A stretch of 64,000 bases of DNA. It comes from Spirochaetia bacterium. GTDB taxonomy: Bacteria > Spirochaetota > Spirochaetia > SZUA-6 > Bin103. Position numbers and translations under genes: made by a program. This document shows positions 31,288-40,500 of this stretch, in pieces. Location: positions 1 through 64,000 of the forward strand of contig CBDAOI010000003.1 in NCBI GenBank assembly GCA_965198005.1, given 5' to 3'. How positions within the stretch are numbered: the stretch's first letter is position 1; the number at the start of each line of letters is the position of its first letter. The notes under the pieces were generated by a model. That model was not told the origin of the DNA and made no database searches. It saw nothing but the letters and a program-made list of their open reading frames with translations.

Positions 31288-31307
31288 CTTCCGTCGTTCG
31301 TCCCGTC

Positions 31308-31610
31308 TCAGAGCTTGAGCCCGCGTGCTAAAAAATCCCGCTCCACCGTCAACTCGCCGATGTTCGCGTGCAACTCGTGGATGGTCGCCTCGTGATCCGC
31401 CTGCCGGCGGCTGACGCCGTCCGCGAACAGTTCCCGCGGACCATCCTGTGCTTGCCGTTTCCAGCCGCTCACCTGGTTCGGATGGACGTGGTGCTTGGCC
31501 CCGATCTCCTGGATCGTGCGGTCACCGCGCAACGCTTCCACCACTACCCGTGCCTTGAACTCCGCTGTGAATCGACGTCGTGTCGTCGCCATCTCCTTGG
31601 CCCTCCTCAT
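31308..31610 (-). CDS. IS3-family transposase OrfA
   Basis: RRRFTAEFKARV...VHPNQVSGWK...IGELTVERDFL. Confidence 0.88.
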   Translation of the reverse strand: MRRAKEMATTRRRFTAEFKARVVVEALRGDRTIQEIGAKHHVHPNQVSGWKRQAQDGPRELFADGVSRRQADHEATIHELHANIGELTVERDFLARGLKL

Positions 31611-31659
31611 GGCCTCGAATACACCTTAACCTCCTGTCCAATTTTCCAGGACCACCTCA

Positions 31660-32075
31660 CTGCAGTCGACAGGCTGACGCTGACGGTCGCGAAGGTGATG
31701 CTCTACCGGGGGATGCGCGACGCGCAGGTCAGCAAGTCCGAGTTGGCGCGTCGTCTCAACTGGCACTTTCCGCAGGTTGAACGCGTGCTTGATCTGAACC
31801 ACCGCTCGCGGCTGGAGCAGATCGACGCAGCGCTCGCGGCCGTAGGGCTGCGTCTGGATGTCGTGGGGGTCGCCGAGACAGTTTCACCGGCAGCCGTCGC
31901 GACCGGTGGGGCTGAAACTCCCTACGTATAGCTGCTGCACCTCCCGTGTCCGGCACCGCGATGGCGCTGGCGGTCGCCCTGCCCGACGTCGACCGCGACG
32001 GGCGCCGCGACATCGTGATCGGCAACGACTACGAGGGGTGCCCGACTCTCGTCTACCTCAACCGGCCGAGGCACT
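31660..32075 (+). repeat. Partial copy of the hicB/FG-GAP unit with an unbroken hicB C-terminal frame
   Basis: AKVMLYRGMRDAQVSKSELARRLNWHFPQVERVLDLNHRSRLEQIDAAL, then ALPDVDRDGRRDIVIGNDY. Confidence 0.75.
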
Positions 32076-32298
32076 GGAAACTGCATGCAAGAAAGTCGTC
32101 GCTGCACGGATGAAACAAAGCGGTATGATGTGGACGCTGGACGGAGCCAAGGGCATGCTGCAACTCCGCGCCTCCTTGAAGAGCCGCCGCTTCTGGGACG
32201 ACTTCAAGGGCGAGCTCCCCGCTTCGCCCCCTGAGCAAATCGACCAAATCCACTTGGAGGCAGCCTGAAGGCTACGACACTCTGGGAATGCGCGCCCC
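32075..32298 (+). mobile_element. ISKra4-like transposase C-terminal fragment and right end
   Basis: ETACKKVVAARMKQSGMMWTLDGAKGMLQLR. Confidence 0.7.
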
Positions 32299-32329
32299 AG
32301 CGAGTCCCTGCTGTGTACGATGGCGCCGT

Positions 32330-32863
32330 GAAACCCCACGGCGACGAAGCGGCGCACCGTGGTCTCCGAGTATTCCACCCCCCGCTTTTCGAGCAACTGT
32401 GGATCACCAGGAAGCTGTAGCCTTCCTCGCGCCACCCTCGATCTGCTCACGGTGCGAGTCGAGCGGATGCCGGCGGCCTTCCTCGCCGCTCCGCTGTTCG
32501 TGGTACACCTCCTGCAGTTGCTGCTCGGACGGCACCTCATGCTGCTCATCCAGCCACCCCTCCTGCTCGGCGAGCAGCAGCAGCCTGCGGATCACGCGCC
32601 GGTGCTTGCCGGTCTCACGCTTGATCGCCTTGATCGACTGCCCCATTCTCAGTCGTCGGACGATATCATGTCCTCCTGGCCATTCTGACCCTCCTCACGT
32701 AGTTCGTTGTGTGCACGCACCAACCGTGCATCATGAGGGGGGTCCTTTTCGATGCCGAGGAGGGGGGTCCTTTTCAGTGCCGACCTGGGGTCCCTTTGAA
32801 TGCCGACCCGGGGTCCCTAAAACGCCGAGGGGGGGGGGTCACTATCACTGCCGGTTTCCAACA
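32330..32863 (-). mobile_element. IS21-family left end (five ~22-bp repeats) plus istA 5' fragment
   Basis: GGGGTC...GCCG repeats 32737-32863 ending CA; GQSIKAIKRETGKHRRVIRR and SETTVRRFV. Confidence 0.75.
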
Positions 32864-33094
32864 CCGTCATCCAGGTATTGAGCGCTTGGCGCCGAGCGTT
32901 GTGGGCCGCCCCTCGAAGAATGTCGAGCACCCACTTCTTGCTGAAGTCCAGTCGCCCGCAGGGCTCGGGGGTCAACAAAACGAGACTAATCAATATAAAG
33001 CAATGAGGGGTCCGACCGAATCCTTCTAACTCACCACCGGCCCGTGTGTTATGGATCTCCGTTTACGGTCGTGAGACCAGTTCTGTAGCTATAG

Positions 33095-34252
33095 CTAGGC
33101 ATTACCCACACCGACCTCTGCCTGCGTCACGGCGTTGCCGTTCTCAAGAAAGTAGAACAATTGGTGAATGATGAGAATACTGATCACCGCAGATTTTCGA
33201 TCAAACTCCGAAGCGCTTGCAACACCATGCGCAACGCTGTGGCGGGAAATATCAATGTTCGTATCCCGCGGACTGAATCCCGCGAAGTAGACATCACGAA
33301 GATACGCTTCGAATCTATGCGGCAAGAATAACGAGTGCTCATTGTTGCGTTTCGCTGCAACGGCTGAGGCAGTCAAATTCACCGGCGAAGCTCGCCCCTT
33401 GGTTACCTGACTGGCATAGTAAGTACGCATTATTCCTTCTATTCGTGGGAATAGCAATCCTGTGCAGCTGATATAATCGCCTTTAAGAAACCGTTCTACG
33501 CCACGGTCAATGATACAAATGTGTGGCAAGAACGATAAGTGCTCTCTCCAGCTCTCTATCATCCCAGGAACTCGTTCCTTAACTTCCTTAACAATTTCTT
33601 CGAGCTTCTCATCGGGTTCCCAATCGTGTCTTACCTGTTGTATCAATTCGTTGATTAATCGATCTGAAAGGCCGATGAAAGGAAACCACTTTGAGCCGAT
33701 AATTGCGTCCCATTCTTTCTCCGATATGCTGAACCTATTCTGAAACAGCACATGACAATAGGCTCGTCCTATCGCGACACCAATATCATATCCTCGTGGC
33801 TGTTTGTACTTACCTATAACGGGACCGTAGTCATAGAATAGTCCCTTTCTCCAACCGATCGAGAACAGGAACAGAAAGCCACTATTGTCCTGTATTGTTA
33901 CACCAAGTTCAAGACGTTCTATGTCGGCAATATCATCCTTCATTACTGGCATGCCTGCCTGAACTGGTCGAGCGGCACGCACAAGTAGAGACTGCTTTAG
34001 TTCATTCATATACACTGTGGCCTTTCCGTCCGATCGTATAATTGCAAGCATGTTGTCTACTTGTGATGGAATGACACGGTTCGGAAGCTTCGCAAGGATA
34101 TCGCTCGGCACGGCTTCCAGGCGCTGGACGAATAACTGACCGTCCTCGGTTGACGTGAATTCACGGAATGCAACCTTAGCCATCTCTCCCTTCTTGGCGG
34201 CTTCGATAACGTGACCTGCAGGTGGGTGTGCTAGATCGACTTCAACTGGCAT
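33095..34252 (-). CDS. Hypothetical protein with C-terminal HEPN-like domain
   Basis: LLFPRIEGIMR...ISRHSVAHG (Rx4H); ATG 34252 preceded by GGGGGA; AT-richer DNA. Confidence 0.6.
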   Translation of the reverse strand: MPVEVDLAHPPAGHVIEAAKKGEMAKVAFREFTSTEDGQLFVQRLEAVPSDILAKLPNRVIPSQVDNMLAIIRSDGKATVYMNELKQSLLVRAARPVQAGMPVMKDDIADIERLELGVTIQDNSGFLFLFSIGWRKGLFYDYGPVIGKYKQPRGYDIGVAIGRAYCHVLFQNRFSISEKEWDAIIGSKWFPFIGLSDRLINELIQQVRHDWEPDEKLEEIVKEVKERVPGMIESWREHLSFLPHICIIDRGVERFLKGDYISCTGLLFPRIEGIMRTYYASQVTKGRASPVNLTASAVAAKRNNEHSLFLPHRFEAYLRDVYFAGFSPRDTNIDISRHSVAHGVASASEFDRKSAVISILIIHQLFYFLENGNAVTQAEVGVGNA

Positions 34253-34469
34253 TTTGATATCCCCCCAATAGGCGACCCGAGCCCGGCGCATCGAAAAGAT
34301 CCTCCTAAGTGCTTAATCGGAAACAACTAACAACCCGGTCAAGCACCAAAGAGGGATTGACGCGGTTACCAGACTACATTACTGATGATGTTTGTCAACC
34401 CCCAATTGTCGAAGCCGCGAATCGAGGTAGATGAGCAACGCGGCGCATCGCTGTTGAGTTGGCGCGCGC

Positions 34470-34700
34470 CATCCCTGGTACCCATCCCGGCTACATCTCC
34501 TGGGGCCAGTTCGAGTCCAACCAGGCCAAGCTGCGAGCTAACGCGGCCGGCTACGGCTGGGACCGGCGCAGAGGTCCTGCGCGTGAAGGGGTTGCGCTGC
34601 TGCAAGGGTTGGCTCTGTGCGGTCGCTGCGGCCGGCGCATTGGAGTTCAGTATCGGTTGCGCAAAGGGCATCTGGTGCCAAGGTACGTGTGCCATGACGC
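34470..34700 (+). pseudogene. Large serine recombinase Zn-ribbon fragment
   Basis: HPGYISWGQFESNQAKL...REGVALLQGLALCGRCGRR. Confidence 0.7.
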
Positions 34701-34729
34701 CCTGAAATCTTGTTATTTTAGCAAGATTT

Positions 34730-35148
34730 TCAGGCAGTCGCCCTCTGTAGTTGGTCCATCGTGACGGTGCGATACTGGAGGATCGCCGTGACCACCGCTC
34801 GGCCGTTCTCGGTGAGCAGATAACCGTGCGATGATTCTACTTTGCGGATTATCCCATGGGCTCGGAGCAAGCGCAGCTTGCGGGTGACCCGGGAGGCGGC
34901 GCGCGCTCGGTCCCGGGGTGACCCGAGCGCTTCAGGAAACAGCGCTGCGACCAGATCACGATTCCGCACGCCGTCAAGCGTGAACTCGCCTCCGCTGATC
35001 GTTTGCAGCAGCCGGAGATCGTCCGGTGACCAGGGCCGTAGCGCGCGCGCTCGTACAGGAAGTTCATCATGCCCGCGGTATAGGAGAGCGTCCGCAACGT
35101 GCGCCTCTCAGCACCAGCTGATCAAAGCCGCTCAGCACCCCCGTGACA
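34730..35148 (-). pseudogene. Internally deleted transposase-like gene of unclear IS family
   Basis: N-terminal GVLSGFDQLVLRG close to C-terminal RNRDL...RVTRKLRLLRAHGIIRKV...YLLTENG. Confidence 0.5.
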
Positions 35149-35820
35149 CAAGGCGTTGTAGCTCCACGTATTGTCGTACGCATAGTCCGTCCCTTCCTTC
35201 TTCTTCCCATACACCTCATGGATCGATGAGTCCATATCGATGGTCGCCATCGCGCGCCGCTCCCGTGGTAGCAGCGCGAACTCATCCTGCTGCAAGGCCT
35301 CACCCACCTCGCGTAACTCACTGAGCGCTACCTTATTCCGTTCCTCTCCGAAGCGCGCCAGGAAGTCGCCTACTGTGGTCGCATGCGGAATCCGCTCCGT
35401 GCCCAACACTCGCTGTACTCCCGGGTCCTCCCGGAGCCGGTTGATGTCGCTCAGCCGGCTCCCTCCCGTAAGCATGTTGTAGATCACGGTAAGAATGTGA
35501 TCCGACTCCGTGTACCACTTGCAACGGCGCAACACCCGGACCCCAGCATCGAGCGCACGTGCGACCCCAAGGCGTTCCATGAGCTGCTGTATGATGGCGA
35601 TCCCTGACCAGCTCAGCAGCGGAGCGCCGCGGTGCTCGGTCACTTCTATTCGTGGATTCGTGAATTGGGGTTGACCAGCATCGTCATCGGTGTGGTAGTC
35701 TGGTGACTGCATCTATTTGGATCCTCCTCGGTGCTCGACCGGATCGGTTTAGATACTTCCCATTAGAGCACTTAGGAGGATCTTTTTCAACCCATTCAGA
35801 GCGAATCGCTTATTTTGGGG
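35149..35820 (-). mobile_element. IS1380-family 5' fragment
   Basis: ESDHIL..NMLTGG..LSDINRLRED...IPHATTVGDFLARF...TIDMDSSIHEVYG; a related end sequence AAAAGATCCTCCTAAGTGCT occurs inverted at ~34295. Confidence 0.78.
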
Positions 35821-36113
35821 CCTATAGTTAGCTGTTAGTTATTCGCAGGAGGCGTAGCGGGTTCGGTCGCGGCGCCGTACCGGATCGAGTTCTAGCCGTT
35901 CCCATATACGATATCTAGCAACGACCGGCTTGGGATCACCGGTGCGCGCTGGCGGGTGCCGGAGCGGAGGCGGGAATTGCCATCCCCACCGTAACACGTT
36001 AGCTTGATCCGAGTAGCGGTTGGGCTGAGTTACTGACCCATCGGCCCATAGCACAAACTAAAGGAGCACTCTATGCAGCCTCAGCGTGCAGGCAACTGTC
36101 GGCTGCTCGCCAC

Positions 36114-36647
36114 ATGGTAGAATCGCGGTTCTGGAAAGAAGAGCTTACTCGCATCGCAATCACGCTCAAGCCTGTTCGACGACCGGCTCGATGGACAGAG
36201 CGTGCTCATTGCATGGTCGAGAGGGACCTCTGCATCGGATTCTTCATTATTCGAAGGATGCTCGAGCTTAACAGGGTGTCGTCTCGCACTCGCAACTTTG
36301 AGCTGCGCGCCTACTGCTTCCAGGCACTGAAAGACATTATTCGACCTTACTGCCACCCCTTCAGCGAAGGAGTCTATGACCTGGACAGTGAGGAGTTGAA
36401 GATACTGGAGCCGCGGTACGTCTCTAATCAGTTCATTCACTCCTGCATGAGCATCGTAGTACGAGACGAAACGCGAAACTGGTCCGATGTTTACACCGTC
36501 TCGGACTATGATCGCACAAAGCACATCTGGCGCATTCCCATAACTGACATCCGTAAACTGTTCCTTCTAGCGGCTAACGACTACCCGTCGGTGGTCGCCT
36601 TCCACCTAAGTCCTGACAATAATGACTACACCGTCGAAACAGACTAG
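36114..36647 (+). CDS. Hypothetical protein, possibly HEPN-like
   Basis: Intact 177-aa ORF; ERDLCIGFFIIRRMLE and SNQFIHS. Confidence 0.5.
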   Translation: MVESRFWKEELTRIAITLKPVRRPARWTERAHCMVERDLCIGFFIIRRMLELNRVSSRTRNFELRAYCFQALKDIIRPYCHPFSEGVYDLDSEELKILEPRYVSNQFIHSCMSIVVRDETRNWSDVYTVSDYDRTKHIWRIPITDIRKLFLLAANDYPSVVAFHLSPDNNDYTVETD

Positions 36648-36729
36648 CGCTCTCTCAACGAATCATGTTCGTATGCTACTCTTGCCAAGACACAATCACA
36701 CTGCTGGGAGGGGTGCTCGTAAAGAAACG

Positions 36730-37230
36730 GCTGATGATTCCGAACCAGATATCCACCTGATTCAGCCACGATGCGTACGTCGGCGTGTAGTGCACGTGGT
36801 ACCGCGGTGGCTGCGCTAACCATGCCTTCACTTTCGCATGCTTGTGCGTCGCATAGTTGTCCAGGTTATGCTCTACTGGGAGATGCGCGACCTGCAGGTC
36901 AGCAAGACCGACTTGGCGCGCCGTCTCAAGTGGTACTTTCCACAGGTTGATCGCGTGGTCGATCTGAACCAGCGATCGTGGCCGACCCAGATCGACGCAG
37001 CGGTCGGCCGCGACTGGACGTAGTTGGCGTCGCCGAAACAAGTCCACACACGGCCGTCGCGAGCGCTCAGGGCTGAGACGCACAACGTAGATCGGCTGCA
37101 CCTCCGGCTGTCAGGCGCCGCGTGCGCTGGCCGTCACCCTACCCGATATCGACCGCGACGCCCGCCGCGACATCGTGCTCTGCAACCACTACGAGGTGCT
37201 GGACTCCCGTCTACCTCAACCGGTCGCGGC
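36730..37230. repeat. IS630 fragment (minus, 36730-36865) fused to another partial hicB/FG-GAP copy (plus, 36866-37230)
   Basis: LDNYATHKHAKVKAWL on minus; MLYWEMRDLQVSKTDLARRLKWYFPQVDRVVDLN and DIDRD...DIVLCNHY on plus. Confidence 0.75.
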
Positions 37231-37503
37231 ACTGAGTGAAGGCGGCGCCGTTCGCGCAGGCCACATAGAACACCGAAGAACAACGACCGCCGCTTCGAAC
37301 TGCTCGCGACCAGAAGTCCTGCGTGGCAGACCGGATCTGATCGTGGTCGAAGCTGGTCACCTTCGCGCTGCCCCTGCTCGGCGTGCCGCGCGACGACGTG
37401 CGCAGGCCGTAGTTGGCCGATGGAGCTGCGCAGCGAGAAGAAGTAGCAGATGACCGGAACGCCCATAACGGCATGTCGGGGGCCGCCACGGTTGTAGTAT
37501 ACT

Positions 37504-40500
37504 CTATGGATCTTGGACACCGATCTTTTGCAGTACGCTGAGCGTTGCGGCTGGAAGATTGCCGCGAACGACCAGCTCATTTTCCACGATCACTGGGATG
37601 TTTCCACCGCCAGCACGGTAATCTGCGATGGCCGGATCGGCTGGATGATCGGGCGTTAGCGGTCCTGAGAGCGAGATAATGTACTTCCCTCCTGCGCTGG
37701 TTCTGACCAAAATAGGTGCCACAATGGTGCCGGTCGTGTTTGTGCTCGCTGAGACGCCAAGCTCAAACTTGGGTTCCTGAGCGGTCTGCCGCTGGAGATC
37801 GTGAAACAACAGTTCTGTGGATGTTCGTAGACGCTCAGGCGCAAAACGTGGCGGTTCTCCCTCGAGTAGATACTCCAGTAATTCTACCCCGACGTGGCGG
37901 TCCAGCAGGCTGTGTTCGAATTTGTTCTTGAAACTACGCAGGCACCGGTAGCATGATGTGTCGCACTTCTCCCTACATCCATTCATAAGCGTGAGCGCGC
38001 GCTGAAACAGCTCTACACCATAATCGGCGAGTTCGCTGGAAAACCCGGCTCCTCCCGGCAAAGTGTCATAGAGAAAGATTTCCGCCTCAAGACCGCTCTT
38101 TCCAGCCGGTGTTAGCGCGGGCCGATATTCCGCCATCATCTCACCCGGCTCGATCTCAAGCAAGTCACATGCGGCCTTGGCCAGCGCCTCGCTCACGGTT
38201 CTCAAAGCAACGGAAGTTGAAGTGTGTCCGGGCTTCAAAGTAAGTGGTGGAGCAACACACATCGAAAACAGGGCAATGTCCGTGATGAAATCAGCGCCGA
38301 GAACGAGGTGCCTAGTGGTGCCATCTCCGTCGCAGATCAGTTTGTCGTCATCGTCCGGGTAGGGTTTGCGGTGTGCGCCGATGAGTTTCGAATCGTGAGA
38401 TGTACTGGATTCTATGCGCCCGCATTTCACACAGTAGTTATAACCAGCTCTGTTTGGTCCGGTATTCGATACGAGCAGATGCTGCCGCGCCCTCAAAACT
38501 CGGATGCGGTCGTTGATCGTCGTCCAGCCCGCCTCGTCATCGGGAGTACCCATGGTAAGCTTAGCGCGAGTAGCGTAACTCGTTTCCGGCATGTCCTCCG
38601 GTGATGTAACTTCTTCCATATCGATGGGATGGGCGAAGCCCGGGGGACGCAGCCAGTAGCGTCCTGGACCAAAAGCCTCCTCTCCCCCGCAGGCTTCGCA
38701 GTCACGCGTTTCCTTACGATTCGCTTCGCTGATCGAAAACGTTCGCGCAAAACCGCAGTTGCTGCACTCCATGTAGATGCGCCTTGAGTCCCAGGCAGCG
38801 AATCGATCGTCGGACATAACGGAGTAAATTGCCCCCGACGTGTAACACTTTCCCGAGATCCAGACCTGTTTACCGGGTGCGTACTGTGTCAGGGCGATCG
38901 GGAGTCCCTGGGAGGGTGCGAAGCGCATAATCGGCCGAAAACGAGACGACCGATCCCGGTCGAAAACGTGAAACGTGGCGACATCTGTTGGAAAAGCATA
39001 ACGAGGTAATATGCCGCAATAGAGAAGACGGTCGAGAAGCTTGCCGGGGTCTGAAGCCTGTTGCGGGCGCTCCTCGTCCTGTTCGGACGGAACCTCTGTC
39101 CCAGTACCGTCTCCGGTCTCCTCCTTCAACCAGACCCCTTCCGAATCGGATTGGATGGCATCGTCAATCGCCTTCAGGCATTCGTCTTTCATATTCTCAA
39201 GCAGATGCTCGCGGTCATCCTTTGAAAGCTCCTCGGGTATCCATGAGAGGACGCGCTCCTGCAAGTGCCCTTCATGCTCGGTAAGCCAAACCCCAAAGTC
39301 ATCTCGATTCAGTATCGACGTGCCGTTACGGAATTCAGAGACCGTACCGAGGACGGAGAATAGATCGTGTCGTTGGTCCGGGTCGATCTCTGGGAGCCGA
39401 TGCTGATGGTAATTCTGCAACAAAAAGGCCCGGATGTGACGGCGCACGATCTCGCAGTTGTCGAGTGTAAGTTTCGGATCGACGACGTCACCACGGATCA
39501 TGCCTTCGGGCTCCGAGAAGTAGTGCTCATCATGGCTGTCAGCGCTGCCGAATGCAACGACTGTGGCGACAGCGTTGCCACGGCGTCCTGCCCGTCCGGA
39601 GCGCTGCTGATAATTGGCTCGGCTTGGGGGCATGTTGCGCAAAGCTACTCCCGACAACGTGCCGATGTCGATACCGACTTCCATGGTAGTCGTGCTCGAG
39701 AGTACATCGATGGCGTTCGATTTGCTTCCCTCTCGGTCAAGCGCTATATCCTGAAAAAGCAGTTCATTTTCCTCCGCTTTGGAGAAAACATCTTCATTCT
39801 GAGGGGCATTCAATTGCGCTGTATGTTCGGCAGCGATGAGTGCCATGGGCTGCCGCGGTGGGTTGTCGAGTGCCTCCATGACCGGTCTGCGGTAGAACCC
39901 TTTCCGAGCGAGGAAGACGGCATCCAAATCCGGATCAATAGATGTGACCTTCTGGCTGCCGCAGTCGAGGCAGTACCACAGTCCTGGTACCGGCCGATGA
40001 ACGGACGTGCAGCTTGCACAATGAACCCACGTGCCATCAAACAGGAGAGTAAGCTCACTGCCCTTGAGGCGCTTGAAGCCGCCATCGGAATCCTGCGTAA
40101 ACAGCGATAGCAATGCTGGGGACCATCGACTCCAGAACATCCCATGGGCCGCCTTGTCCGCAAGGACGATGCCCATGGCCTTGAACTTCCCCTTCTGACC
40201 GCGGATGCTGGTACCCTCCGACCGTGGGCGTCTCCACCAGACAGGAGGCATTGCGCTCAGCCAGAAGCCGTGACTCTGCCAGCAGCGCAGCCAAGCCCGT
40301 GCAAGTGCAACCTTGGCTTCGACACTCTCAACAACCCCCGGAATCGTCGGAAGTCGCTCGAGCTGGGCAGTATGCTTGGATCGCTCCGCAATTGAAGCCA
40401 ACGCCAGCGCCTCAAATCCGAGGAACCGATCCTGAACCGTCGTGACAATGTTATCGAGCAAAGCCTCCGGAGGACGCTCGTTGCGAAGCTCCAAGCACAG

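Larger units (their letters stand above)
30212..31659 (-). mobile_element. Complete IS3-family element
   Basis: Imperfect inverted repeats TGAGGTGGTCC...TTGGACAG at both ends; orfA/orfB layout; no target duplication visible. Confidence 0.9.

Noticed and set aside
32737-32863. Five ~22-bp repeats resembling a mini CRISPR or iterons
   Set aside because: No unique spacers; they end in CA next to an istA fragment, which fits IS21 terminal repeats
5495-36110. Integron attC sites between small cargo genes
   Set aside because: Scattered TAAC/GTT words, but no convincing paired R/L boxes and no intI gene
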